Shown here piece by piece: positions 12,804-22,910 of a stretch of 64,000 nucleotides of DNA. The notes beneath the pieces were generated by a model, which was given only the letters and a program-made list of their open reading frames with translations, was not told where the DNA came from and did no database searches. Made by a program: the position numbers and the translations under genes. The stretch comes from an uncultured cyanobacterium (GTDB lineage: Bacteria > Cyanobacteriota > Cyanobacteriia > Cyanobacteriales > CAWUOF01). How positions within the stretch are numbered: position 1 is the stretch's first letter; every line of letters begins with the position of its first letter. The stretch is from assembly GCA_963744145.1 (NCBI GenBank), contig CAVUSO010000001.1:3232001-3296000 (forward strand), written 5' to 3'.

Positions 12804-13826
12804 TTAAAATGATAACAATGGTTGAAATCCATGTTTAAGAGATATTTTGCCGATTTCTTCCATTTTTTCGATCGTGATTTGATTTCGCCCCCAAGAAAAA
12901 TTAGTGTATATTTTTTCAAATTCCAGCAACATCGATTCGGCAAAACAGGCAAATAATTGACGAGCCGGAGTATTCATGTTGACAATTTTCATGATTTTCC
13001 ACTCAATGTCTAAAGAATGCTCGACAATACCGCCTTTGAGTACATATACTCCTGGATGTTGGATCTGGGTATCTAAGTTTTTGGGATAGCCACCATCAAT
13101 CAATAAACAAGGTTGCTTTAAGCTCGCGGGATTAATTTCTATCCCCTTAGCCATACTAGCGACCCAGACCACAATATCTGCGAGGGGCAATGCTGTTTCG
13201 AGATCCATAATTTGACCTCGACCCAATTCGGCTTGTAAGGACTTTAATCGCTCTTGTTTGCGAGCGATGAGTAACATTTCTCCCACCTGGGTGCGAGCAT
13301 CAAGCCATCGACAAACTGCGCTACCAATATCACCTGTTGCTCCACAAATAGCTACTGTGGCTCGGGAGAGATCGATCCCCAGTTTGGGGGCCATTTGTTC
13401 TAATTGACGACAAATAATATATGCGGTGTGAGTGTTACCAGTAGTAAAACGCTCAAACTCTAACTTAATATTGCGAACCTGTTTGCTTTCATGTAAACTG
13501 AACTCTTCAAAAATGATTGAAGAAAAACCACCTAATGCTGTGATATTAATTCCATGTTTTTGGGCATGGGCCATAGCGTTAAGAATTTTCCGCATTGCTG
13601 CTTTGACTCGACTATTGGCTAGCATTTCTGGCAAAAAGCAGGATTCCACATATTTGCCTTCAATTTTCTGACCTGTGATGCTAGTCACGGTAATATGATC
13701 CACAATTTGTGGTGGGGCAGAACACCAAAAATCTAGACCCTGATCTGCATATTCTGGATAACCCAGTTCTCTAGCAACAGACTGGGCGTGTTCCAAACTG
13801 GTAAGGTGACCGATTAAACCAAACAT
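12804..13826 (-). CDS. aar: Acyl-ACP reductase (alkane biosynthesis)
   Basis: [38 protein letters not shown] and [13 protein letters not shown]. Confidence 0.97.
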   Translation of the reverse strand: MFGLIGHLTSLEHAQSVARELGYPEYADQGLDFWCSAPPQIVDHITVTSITGQKIEGKYVESCFLPEMLANSRVKAAMRKILNAMAHAQKHGINITALGGFSSIIFEEFSLHESKQVRNIKLEFERFTTGNTHTAYIICRQLEQMAPKLGIDLSRATVAICGATGDIGSAVCRWLDARTQVGEMLLIARKQERLKSLQAELGRGQIMDLETALPLADIVVWVASMAKGIEINPASLKQPCLLIDGGYPKNLDTQIQHPGVYVLKGGIVEHSLDIEWKIMKIVNMNTPARQLFACFAESMLLEFEKIYTNFSWGRNQITIEKMEEIGKISLKHGFQPLLSF

Positions 13827-13929
13827 CGACAGCTCTTGCGTATACCTGTAATTCAGGCAAAAATTGGATTAAATTTAAATTATAGTTGATCGCTATTAAA
13901 TATATTAAACAATATTCTCGCTCAACAAG

Positions 13930-13957
13930 TTAGGGGTACATTAATTAGTACCCCTAA
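13930..13957. repeat. Palindrome between ado and aar
   Basis: TTAGGGGTAC-N8-GTACCCCTAA. Confidence 0.6.
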
Positions 13958-13978
13958 TCGCTGGTGATCGTGGCGAGT

Positions 13979-14674
13979 TTAAACAGAAGCTAGTCCGTAA
14001 GCGGACAATTTCATAATTTCCCGGGTATTAAAGCCAATATTACTTAAGGCTTCTCCATATTGAATCATAAAGTCCTCGACCAGGGCTTCTCTTTCCATTC
14101 CCAGTACCCGAGCATCCTTGGCTACTTGGTTGAGCATCTGCCAAACTAAGGGAAGATTATGACGGTTGGCTGTTTCTAGTTCGGCTTTGGCTGCGGTAAA
14201 ATGCTCGGTGAGCCATTTTTCGCCAAATTTCAGATGACTGTATTCGTCTTTGATCACACCTTCGGTAATTTTTTTGGCAAATGGGTCAGCAACAGGGATG
14301 TAAATGTTATAGGCAGCGATCGCAAAACATTCGATAATTAAAGCTTGAATGAGTAAGCAAGTCACTACTTGACCTTGAGCTGCTGCTGTTTGAAAGTTTT
14401 TATGTAGACCCGCGAAGAATTCACGGGCAAATTTTAGATCTGGCGTCACACTGAGGTTCTTTCCACAAGCTTCAAAGCCTTTTTTATGACGACTTTCCAT
14501 CTTCGCTAAATTAATTAAGTCATCTTTATGCTCCGGCAGCAATTCAGCCAGTTGAATATAATTGTCATTGGCATCTTGTTCACCTTCGATCACAATCGCA
14601 TTGATCCGACTGTAGGCATCTTTGTAGATTTCGCTGTGAAAATCTAGGGCTGGGCTGGCCTCAAGCTGGGGCAT
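13979..14674 (-). CDS. ado: Aldehyde-deformylating oxygenase
   Basis: [17 protein letters not shown], ExxH motifs and [18 protein letters not shown]. Confidence 0.97.
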   Translation of the reverse strand: MPQLEASPALDFHSEIYKDAYSRINAIVIEGEQDANDNYIQLAELLPEHKDDLINLAKMESRHKKGFEACGKNLSVTPDLKFAREFFAGLHKNFQTAAAQGQVVTCLLIQALIIECFAIAAYNIYIPVADPFAKKITEGVIKDEYSHLKFGEKWLTEHFTAAKAELETANRHNLPLVWQMLNQVAKDARVLGMEREALVEDFMIQYGEALSNIGFNTREIMKLSAYGLASV

Positions 14675-14840
14675 AGTTTTTGGTTCTCCTCATCACAAGT
14701 AAGCCGATTTTAAACTGATCTTAATGATTCTAGGGAAAAGATATAAGTTAATGGAACTTAACTTAGCTTATAGTTTACGTTAGCTTAGTTCAACCAAAAA
14801 TTTACCAATAACTTCTAAATTGGTCAAATTGGCAGCTCGG

Positions 14841-15881
14841 TTATGGTTCGTTCTGGTTGAGAATTTGCAAGCGAATGTGGCGATCGCGTTCTCCCAGGTC
14901 AATTTCAATAATTTCCCCTGACAGCCGTTCTAAGCAACTTAAGAGATGACGTAAATTGGGGGTACTTGCTCCTGTATCTACATACAAGCGATCGGCTAAA
15001 TTAGCGACCCGTTTCCAAGTATTGTATAGTTTGACCATCGCTTCTTCTAATACAGCCGCCTGTTTGAGAATATCAGCAGCAGTATTGAGACATCCCAGTC
15101 TGAGAGCTTCTTCTAATGCCATTTCCAGATCAATTCGACTGTGGCTGAGTGCTTGTACTCGTCCGGCTGCGTCTAGATAACGTGACAAATTACGAGCATC
15201 TGAGGTAGCCTGTTTAAGGGTTTCAACATCAGGATTTTGGACTAATTCTTCTTGAATAGCACTAATGTGGGATTCTGGTAACTTTCCGAGTTCTTTAACT
15301 AAGGGTGCCAGGTAACGAGTGGGTACGGAGCCAGAAGTAGCTTTTTCTTTAACTTCAGCCGGAATTAACTCCGAAGACATCGCTGTCCATTCATCCGATA
15401 GCTGACGAACTTCCCTTCTGGTAATGCGATCGCCTTCATTAGCGGCTTCAGTTACCAATTTTTGCACTTCAGGAGATGATTTGGCGGTCTCCACAAAGGC
15501 TCTTTTACTAAAACGCTTAATACTTGATGGTTCTAGGTTCCCTTGGGATAAGAGGGTATCAGCACTATTAGCGAGTTCAATCAGTGAATAGGCTTGACTT
15601 TTACTGATTTCTCGATCTTTGAGCCAGTTACTAAAACCACTACCGCGTCCTTCTCCACTTCGTTTTTCCCGATCGCGAATCACTTTGAGAATCCGACCGC
15701 GCCAAATATCGGTTTGCAAATCAAAGCGATCGCAAACTTGCCAAGCTGTATCTAGCTGTTGTTCAAATTCCTCATCTGGGATCTGCTGATCTTCGGGATC
15801 GGGTAGATCGAAGTCTAAATGAGTATTCACACCGTCAAAAGCGGCAATTAGGTCTTGAGCAGAAGAGGATGTTTGCACCAT
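14841..15881 (-). CDS. Conserved cyanobacterial hypothetical protein
   Basis: 346-aa ORF with AWQVCDRFDLQTDIWRGRIL motif. Confidence 0.85.
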   Translation of the reverse strand: MVQTSSSAQDLIAAFDGVNTHLDFDLPDPEDQQIPDEEFEQQLDTAWQVCDRFDLQTDIWRGRILKVIRDREKRSGEGRGSGFSNWLKDREISKSQAYSLIELANSADTLLSQGNLEPSSIKRFSKRAFVETAKSSPEVQKLVTEAANEGDRITRREVRQLSDEWTAMSSELIPAEVKEKATSGSVPTRYLAPLVKELGKLPESHISAIQEELVQNPDVETLKQATSDARNLSRYLDAAGRVQALSHSRIDLEMALEEALRLGCLNTAADILKQAAVLEEAMVKLYNTWKRVANLADRLYVDTGASTPNLRHLLSCLERLSGEIIEIDLGERDRHIRLQILNQNEP

Positions 15882-15965
15882 CGGAGCTTGTCAGACAACA
15901 GCCAAACTATTATTACACGCTTAGTCCGATCGCTGTTCATTTTGGCCACACCTAATCTTGCCTGA

Positions 15966-16445
15966 TTACTTATGTATAAGTTTTATTAATAAAAAAATCA
16001 GACAGACCACAAAGATAATTAGAATGATGGCGGCGATCGCTACCCCCAGTAATAAGAGGAAAATAAACCGTCCATCAGCCTTTTTCCCTTGAGTGGGAGC
16101 ATTTAAGTGTTTTTCTAATAAGGAAACATTTTTGGTGTGACATTTCCAAGTAGCATCAAACAAATCTCCAAAAATGGGTACAGTACCAACTACCACATCG
16201 ATCAGGATATTTAAGACCATTCGGATCAGAGTAGCCTGTGGTAAGCCCAATTTAGCGGCTCGGAACACAATGTAAACACCCAAAATACCAATTAATACAT
16301 CACCCCCAAAAGGTAACAGTCCCATAATTGCATCTAGCCCAACCCGGAATGGTGTCCCAGGAATAGCAAAAGCATTGTCTAAGAGATAACTAAGTTGACG
16401 GAGATGGTCTAAGGTATTTTGATAGGATTCTTTACTAATAGTCAT
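15966..16445 (-). CDS. DUF4112 family membrane protein
   Basis: LLDNAFAIPGTPFRVGLDAIMGLLP...GTVPIFGDLFDATWK. Confidence 0.88.
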   Translation of the reverse strand: MTISKESYQNTLDHLRQLSYLLDNAFAIPGTPFRVGLDAIMGLLPFGGDVLIGILGVYIVFRAAKLGLPQATLIRMVLNILIDVVVGTVPIFGDLFDATWKCHTKNVSLLEKHLNAPTQGKKADGRFIFLLLLGVAIAAIILIIFVVCLIFLLIKLIHK

Positions 16446-16906
16446 GGCCAGAATTCTTTTTAGGCTATTTTTTATTTTGACGTGATTTTGAGACTTTTAA
16501 CAAGATCATTAAATCTTAAGACATTTTCATCCAACTTATATAACTCAACCATCAGCATATACATCATCTTAAAATCCCAATGTCATACTATGATCAACAA
16601 CCAAAATAACCGACAAATCTCCTACTAACTTTCCAAATTTATATTAAACCAACAAAAAAACGAATCATAACAAATCCAGATTAAAAATCTCCTTTCTTCT
16701 CATCATCTTTCTTTTTCCTCCTGCCTCAGCATCGATCGCGCTTCCTTCACCCATATATTAATCAAACTAGATCAAAGAAAGTAGAAGAAGGGCGTTTGCC
16801 TACGGCACGTTGCGCGATCGCGAGAGCTAAACGCCCATACAATTAACTGAACCGTATAACTGAACCATATTGACATATAACTCCATAAAAATGAGAAATA
16901 TTAGCC

Positions 16907-18373
16907 ATGAGCATCTCGCTAAACTTTAAAGAACTTAGTAATCTAAAGCTAAATAAATGGCTACTAAGCCTACTAATATTAATCCCCATAATTAGCCTTA
17001 GCTATTTCGCTTATCACCAATTCGTAACCGTACCTCAAGAGCAGGCAAAAAATAAAATTCAAACAGCAGTGGTTCAGCGAAGCAACCTTACGATCACAGT
17101 TTCTGCAAATGGGACAGTGCAACCCATCCAATCAGTGAACATGAGTCCCAAAACCGCAGGAATTCTCAAACAACTGCTAGTTAAAGAAGGCGATTCTGTC
17201 AAACAAGGACAAATACTTGCCTATATGGACGACTCAAATCTTCAAGGGCAACTACTTCAGGCTCAGGGTAACCTCACTGCAGCTCAAGCAAATTTGCAAA
17301 AATTAATCAATGGGAATCGTTCTGAAGATATTGCTACAGCAAAGGCGCAACTAGATGAACAACAAGCAAATTTAGAAAAATCAGTCAATGGCAACCGATC
17401 AGAAGATATCTCCCAAGCCCAAGCTCATCTGAAAGATTCCCAATATGCCTTGCGACAAGCGCAGGATGACTTCGGGCGGAATCAAGAACTCTATAAAGCA
17501 GGTGCCATCTCTCTTCAGAGTCTAAATACCTTCCAGACTACCCGCGATCGCGCCCAAACTCAAGTCAAGCAAGCAGCGCAAGCTCCCTCAGAGATGCGAG
17601 TAGGAAATCGTCCAGAAGATATCGCTCAAGCCCAAGCAGTCTTCAACCAAAAACAGGACGCTCTGAATCTTTCTCAAGCTGGGTCAAGACCGGAAGACAT
17701 TGCACAAGCCCGTGCCCAAGTAGCGGCAGCTCAAGGAGCGGTACAAATTATCCAGACAAACATCAACGATACCGTACTCCGGGCACCATTTAGTGGAATT
17801 ATCGCCCGTAAATTTGCTGATCCAGGCTCATTTGTAACCCCTACCACCGCAGGGAGTTCAGTAACCTCAGCGACCTCCTCTTCCATTTTGTCCCTTGCAT
17901 CGGCGAACGAGGTCATTGCCCAGGTAGCAGAAGCGAACATTTCCCAAATTCACATGGCTCTAGTCGCAACCATTCAGGCAGATGCCTATCCAGGGAAAAC
18001 CTTTACTGGAAAGGTGACACAAATTGCCACCCAGTCGGATGTAGTGCAAAACGTGACCACCTTTGAGGTAAAGACATCGCTACCAGATCCCCAAAACCTG
18101 TTGCGATCGGGAATGAATGTGAATGTGCAGTTCAAGGCTGGAGAATTGAAAAATGTGTTAGTAGTGCCAACTGCAACGATCGTTCAACAAAACAATTCTC
18201 AGGGTGTGTTTGTAGCAAAAGACCAAGGTAATCCAGTCTTCGTACCCATTATCGTCGGGACAACGGTGAATGACAAAACCGAAGTGAAGTCTGGTTTGAC
18301 CGGAAACGAAAAGGTCTTACTCAGCTTTCCACCTGGAACTCGTAAGGTTTCTACATCTAATGGCAGACCGTAA
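16907..18373 (+). CDS. Efflux membrane-fusion (HlyD/MacA-like) periplasmic adaptor
   Basis: N-terminal TM, LLVKEGDSVKQGQIL lipoyl half, GNRxEDIAQA repeats, LRAPFSG. Confidence 0.92.
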   Translation: MSISLNFKELSNLKLNKWLLSLLILIPIISLSYFAYHQFVTVPQEQAKNKIQTAVVQRSNLTITVSANGTVQPIQSVNMSPKTAGILKQLLVKEGDSVKQGQILAYMDDSNLQGQLLQAQGNLTAAQANLQKLINGNRSEDIATAKAQLDEQQANLEKSVNGNRSEDISQAQAHLKDSQYALRQAQDDFGRNQELYKAGAISLQSLNTFQTTRDRAQTQVKQAAQAPSEMRVGNRPEDIAQAQAVFNQKQDALNLSQAGSRPEDIAQARAQVAAAQGAVQIIQTNINDTVLRAPFSGIIARKFADPGSFVTPTTAGSSVTSATSSSILSLASANEVIAQVAEANISQIHMALVATIQADAYPGKTFTGKVTQIATQSDVVQNVTTFEVKTSLPDPQNLLRSGMNVNVQFKAGELKNVLVVPTATIVQQNNSQGVFVAKDQGNPVFVPIIVGTTVNDKTEVKSGLTGNEKVLLSFPPGTRKVSTSNGRP

Positions 18374-18389
18374 GGAGCCTTGATTTTTC

Positions 18390-19712
18390 ATGAAAAAACT
18401 TGAATTACCACCGCCAACAGAGCGTTCGCGTCAGCGTTGCGGAGCAACATCGCGCCGTCCGCGAAAACGCAAGGTTTCTCTTGAACAAGTTCTGATCATG
18501 TCAGTGGAAACTCTGTGGAGCAACAAACTGCGGACATTCTTAACCATGTTGGGGGTGATTATTGGCATCTCCTCAGTGATTACGATTACCTCCGTGGGGC
18601 AGGGCGTGCAAAAGTCAACACAGTCACAAATCGAAGCATTGGGAACAAACGTGATGATGGTCAGAGCCCAGGGAGCAGTAATCAACGGGATCAGACAAGG
18701 ACCAGATTCAGCTAGTTCGCTAACTTGGGAAGATGCTCAGGCGATCGCCAAGCAAGTCCCTGCTGCTAAATCGGTTACAGCATTCTTACAACGGGGTTCA
18801 ATTCAGGTAGTCCGGGGTAATACCAATATTTCCACTACCCTTTTAGGTACAGATTTGAATTACCCAACCATGAAAAATATTTCTCCCCAAGAGGGACTCT
18901 TTTTTAGTCAAGGGGATTTAGATGCGGGACGACCAGTGGCGTTTCTTGGTTCTAAGGTGCGGGATGAATTGTTTAACACAGGGGAATCTGCCCTCGGAGC
19001 TAATGTGCGGATTCAGAGTAAAAGCTACATAGTAGTAGGGGTAGCCCAGGCGAAGGGAACAGCGGGCGGACAGGATCTGGACGATATAATTTATATTCCA
19101 CTAACCAATATGTCTGCCCAAATTGTAGGCAACAACGCTGTCGCGGGTGTAGCAATTAATGGCTTCTGGTTAGAATCGAGCAATGGAGATCAGCTAGAAG
19201 CGGCTCAATTTCAAGTCACGAATATTCTGCGTTTGCGACATGGAATTCATCCATTAGACCCCGATGATTTTCGGATTACGAATCAAGTCGATATCATCAA
19301 CACCTTTACCAATGTGATGGGGTCATTTACCTTGATGGTGGGGGCGATCGCGGGCATTTCCCTAGTTGTCGGAGGAATTGGTATTGCTAACATTATGTTG
19401 GTTTCAGTAATGGAACGAACGCGAGAAATCGGCATTCGCAAAGCCGTGGGCGCAACCAGCACCGATATTTTGAGCCAGTTTTTGACCGAAGCAGTCGTTT
19501 TATCAATGATCGGTGGTGCGATTGGGGTGGGATTGGGAATTGGGTTTGCGTTTGCTGCTGCCACTATATTTCAATTTCCATTCATTGTGCCATTGTGGTC
19601 GATTGGAGCGGGGTTTGGCTCCTCGTTCATCGTTGGCATTCTGGCAGGCGGCATCCCTGCTCGTAATGCTGCCAAATTAGATCCGATCACAGCCCTACAC
19701 AGTGAGCAATAA
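18390..19712 (+). CDS. MacB-type ABC transporter permease
   Basis: NKLRTFLTMLGVIIGIS, GGIGIANIMLVSVMERTREIGIRKAVGA and PARNAAKLDPITAL. Confidence 0.94.
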   Translation: MKKLELPPPTERSRQRCGATSRRPRKRKVSLEQVLIMSVETLWSNKLRTFLTMLGVIIGISSVITITSVGQGVQKSTQSQIEALGTNVMMVRAQGAVINGIRQGPDSASSLTWEDAQAIAKQVPAAKSVTAFLQRGSIQVVRGNTNISTTLLGTDLNYPTMKNISPQEGLFFSQGDLDAGRPVAFLGSKVRDELFNTGESALGANVRIQSKSYIVVGVAQAKGTAGGQDLDDIIYIPLTNMSAQIVGNNAVAGVAINGFWLESSNGDQLEAAQFQVTNILRLRHGIHPLDPDDFRITNQVDIINTFTNVMGSFTLMVGAIAGISLVVGGIGIANIMLVSVMERTREIGIRKAVGATSTDILSQFLTEAVVLSMIGGAIGVGLGIGFAFAAATIFQFPFIVPLWSIGAGFGSSFIVGILAGGIPARNAAKLDPITALHSEQ

Positions 19713-19714
19713 CT

Positions 19715-20428
19715 ATGGCAATTATGATCTGGATGGAGGGGATTACGAAGACCTATCATTTGGGAGAATTGGATGTACCTATTCTCAAGAATATTGATCT
19801 ATCGATCGAAGATGGGGAATATGTGGCGATTATGGGGGCTTCGGGTTCAGGTAAATCGACGCTGATGAATATTATTGGCTGTCTCGATCGCGCGACAAGC
19901 GGACTATATACATTGGATGGTAGAAACCTGACTACACTGAATGATGATGGACTCGCAGATATTCGCAATCAGTATATTGGTTTTGTATTTCAACAATTTA
20001 ATTTGTTGCCACGATTGACAGCACTAGAAAATGTCATGTTGCCGATGATTTATGCTGATGTATCTAAATCGAAACGAGTGAAAGCTGCGACCACTGCTTT
20101 GGAAAAGATTGGGTTGGGCGATCGCTTAAAAAACCGTCCTAGCCAACTTTCAGGAGGACAGCAACAGCGAGTAGCGATCGCTCGTGCTTTGGTAAATCAT
20201 CCTGCTTTAGTGTTAGCGGATGAACCAACGGGAGCGTTAGATTCTAAAACTTCTCAGGAGATTATGAATCTGTTGACAGAATTAAATCAACAGGGCACTA
20301 CGATCGCACTTGTTACCCATGATGCAACAGTAGCAGCTCAAACAAAACGGGTCATTCATATGCAGGATGGAGTGATTGTTGAGGTAGCGAAAGCGAAACC
20401 TTTGCAAACTTCCGACATTTTACTTTGA
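19715..20428 (+). CDS. ABC transporter ATP-binding protein (LolD/MacB type)
   Basis: GASGSGKST, LSGGQQQRV and LADEPTGALD. Confidence 0.96.
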   Translation: MAIMIWMEGITKTYHLGELDVPILKNIDLSIEDGEYVAIMGASGSGKSTLMNIIGCLDRATSGLYTLDGRNLTTLNDDGLADIRNQYIGFVFQQFNLLPRLTALENVMLPMIYADVSKSKRVKAATTALEKIGLGDRLKNRPSQLSGGQQQRVAIARALVNHPALVLADEPTGALDSKTSQEIMNLLTELNQQGTTIALVTHDATVAAQTKRVIHMQDGVIVEVAKAKPLQTSDILL

Positions 20429-20451
20429 ATTATTTTAAGATCAAGTAGACA

Positions 20452-20490
20452 ATGCAAGAATCCTTTTCCAACTCAGCAGGCAGGCATTTA
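20452..20490 (+). pseudogene. 5' stub of a small gene (possibly HEPN-like) truncated by the IS200/605 derivative
   Basis: MQESFSNSAGRHL followed directly by element sequence; family guess rests on only 13 aa. Confidence 0.3.
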
Positions 20491-20865
20491 CAAGTAGTCA
20501 CCGAGAAAGCCCACCCCTTTCATGGGTCGGGATGAATCGGAGAGCTACTGCAAGGAGCCGTAAAAATTATTAAATTATATTAATATAGCGTATTTCCTAA
20601 GAAAATACGCTATATTAATATCAATCGATGGCAACGCTGAAAATTGCGGCAAGCGTCGCACGGCGTAATTTTAGGATCTAACGATCCGATTGCCCATTGA
20701 TGATCTACAACTAATCAAAATGTTGTTAGTAAAAAATACGCCGGGGCACGGCGGAATTTCTACGCTTGATGAGATTGCACCTCTGGCTAATTTTAAGCAA
20801 TTGGGGTTGGTTAAGTGCGGTCGTTGATTCAAGAATCCCACTGCCTTTAGGCGTGGGAGTGTCAA
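20491..20865 (+). mobile_element. Non-autonomous IS200/IS605-family derivative (~375 bp)
   Basis: Left-end hairpin region CAAGTAGTCACCGAGAAAGCCCACCCCTTTCATGGGTCGGGATG; right end TCAAGAATCCCACTGCCTTTAGGCGTGGGAGTGTCAA, similar to the right end of the intact IS605 at 31223; left boundary uncertain by a few nt. Confidence 0.8.
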
Positions 20866-21985
20866 AAAGCTTTAATTAAAACTATCGAGGATGAAAGGGT
20901 TTTTGCATCTTAGGACAATGGCTCGGCACCTCGCTGGTATATTCTTGAGCGTCACCTTGCTAAACAAGCTTGGACAGATAAGAAATTAGGTAAACCACCT
21001 TGGTCAGAGGATGTAGTCTATCAAAAGCATAAACCTGCGATCGTCTCTTTTTTCTCCTTTAAAGGCGGTGTGGGACGAACTAGTACCCTAGCAGCGACTG
21101 CATTGACGTTAGCTCGTAACGGTCATCGAGTTGCTATTGTTGATCTGGATTTAGAAGCACCAGGTCTAGCTACAATTTTTTCACCAGATAACTCTAATAA
21201 TCTTGGTGTCATTGATTATTTATTGGAAAAACAGATTCCCAAAAATGATTGGAAACTTCGCACTCAAACTATTAATGATGAGAAGTTACAGGAGTTTCTA
21301 GGTCGATGATAGCCAACCTATAACATTACTTCCTGCGGGAAATGTAGATGATAATTATTTAGAAAAATTAGCGAGATTAGATTTTCAGAACCTGGTAAAT
21401 GGTGAACTACAAAGCACAATTCAAGGTATGTTAAAAGAATTAGTAAGTGCTGCAAAATCTTTAGATTTCATTTTAATGGATGCGCGGGCTGGTTTTCACG
21501 ATATTGGTGGGCTAGCGATCGCGAATCTTTCCCACGGAGTAGTGATCTTTGGCACTCAATCACGCCAAAGTTGGGCTGGAATAACTCAGGTTATTAAACA
21601 TTTAGGAGGTCATGGAGCTGAGGATCTGCGGTTGATTCTTGTACAATCGATGGCTCCAGCGTTAGGAATACCGGGCAGGGAACAAGAGTTAACAAAATTT
21701 AGAGAACAAGCTTACATCGTTTTTAAAGACAACTATTACTCTAAAGATGAAAACGTTCCTAACTCAAATGATTCCGATGAGCCATTTACCCCTTTTGTTG
21801 TGCCATATCAGGAAAGGCTACGCGGAGATATAGCTCTATTTACTCGCAACTCAAACCCAGAACCAGAAGAATTAGATCGACTGTCAGAACTTGTAATGAT
21901 AATGACCGATCCTACTTCTCCTTATATGCAGATTGCCAAAAAGTTATGCACACTTTTTGGACGTGATTTTCAAATAAAAAATTAA
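20866..21985 (+). pseudogene. ParA/MinD-like ATPase with KGGVGR deviant Walker A; 5'-truncated, with nonsense and frameshift lesions
   Basis: Frame from 20866: KALIKTIEDERVFAS*DNGSAPRWYILERH...SFFSFKGGVGRTS...VDLDLEAPGL; frameshift near 21300 into DSQPITLLPAG...YLEKLARLDF...ILMDARAGFHDIGG. Confidence 0.85.
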
Positions 21986-22910
21986 TTAAATTAAGCTTAT
22001 GAATAAAATTAATAAACAAAGATTGCTCGAATTACTCATCAAAATTGCTCCTGGAAGGGCAACGGCTGAACATGAAAGTGATAATGATGATGAATTCTTG
22101 AAAAATTTCTTGCCCATAGCAAACTATCGCTATGCTTTAGATCCTAGTATTTTGTTAATATTAGGAGGACGGGGAGTAGGAAAAACCGAACTATTCCGTT
22201 TGCTGGCAATCCCTTCAGGTAGAAAAGCTTTGGTTGAAAGTTTGGGGATTCGATCCTTACCTGACTTAATTAAAACGACATGGATAGCTGGTTTTGGGCG
22301 GGTTCGCAGAGCAGAAAAAAGATTTCCAGCACCAGAGATTGTTGAAACCCAAATGGAAAAAGCTACAAATATTGAATGGCGTAGTTTTTGGATTGGTTTA
22401 ATTTTAGGAGGTCTATTACATGAAGGCGATTTTAAGTTCAAAGATTTTCTGATTGAACAAATTGAACAAATTGAACAAATAGACACAAAGATAGTCAACA
22501 TTCTTAGAGAGGACTTATCTGTTTTATCAAGTTGGCATCCGATCGTCACTCAACATCTGGAAAAATTCAATTCTGTTTTAGATAAATTAGATCAAAAACT
22601 CATTGAAACCGATAATTGGCTATTTGTCACTTATGATGAATTAGATCGATTAGTTGCATCCTATACTGCCTTAGCAAGTCCAATTCGTGAACTTTTAGCT
22701 TTTTGGCTTGATCGATGGCGACGTTGGGACAGAATTCGACCCAAAATATTTTTGCGTACCGATCTATTTCGAGAGGAATTTTTGAGCTTTCCTGATGCTT
22801 CTAAACTGCAAGCCCATCAAACTAAATTGGAATGGACGCATTCATGGCTTTACCAACTTTTGGTTAAACGACTGGCAAATTCTGGTTCGGAAATGACAGA
22901 ATATTTGCAA

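Noticed and set aside
20671..20865. 64-aa minus-strand ORF
   Set aside because: Antisense reading of the IS200/605 right end, with no protein features
21290..21310. Programmed frameshift in the ParA-like ATPase
   Set aside because: No slippery run is evident and the gene has other inactivating lesions
22452..22480. 9-bp tandem repeat (IEQIEQIEQ) as a phase-variation switch
   Set aside because: The unit is a multiple of 3 with only three copies, so likely simple slippage
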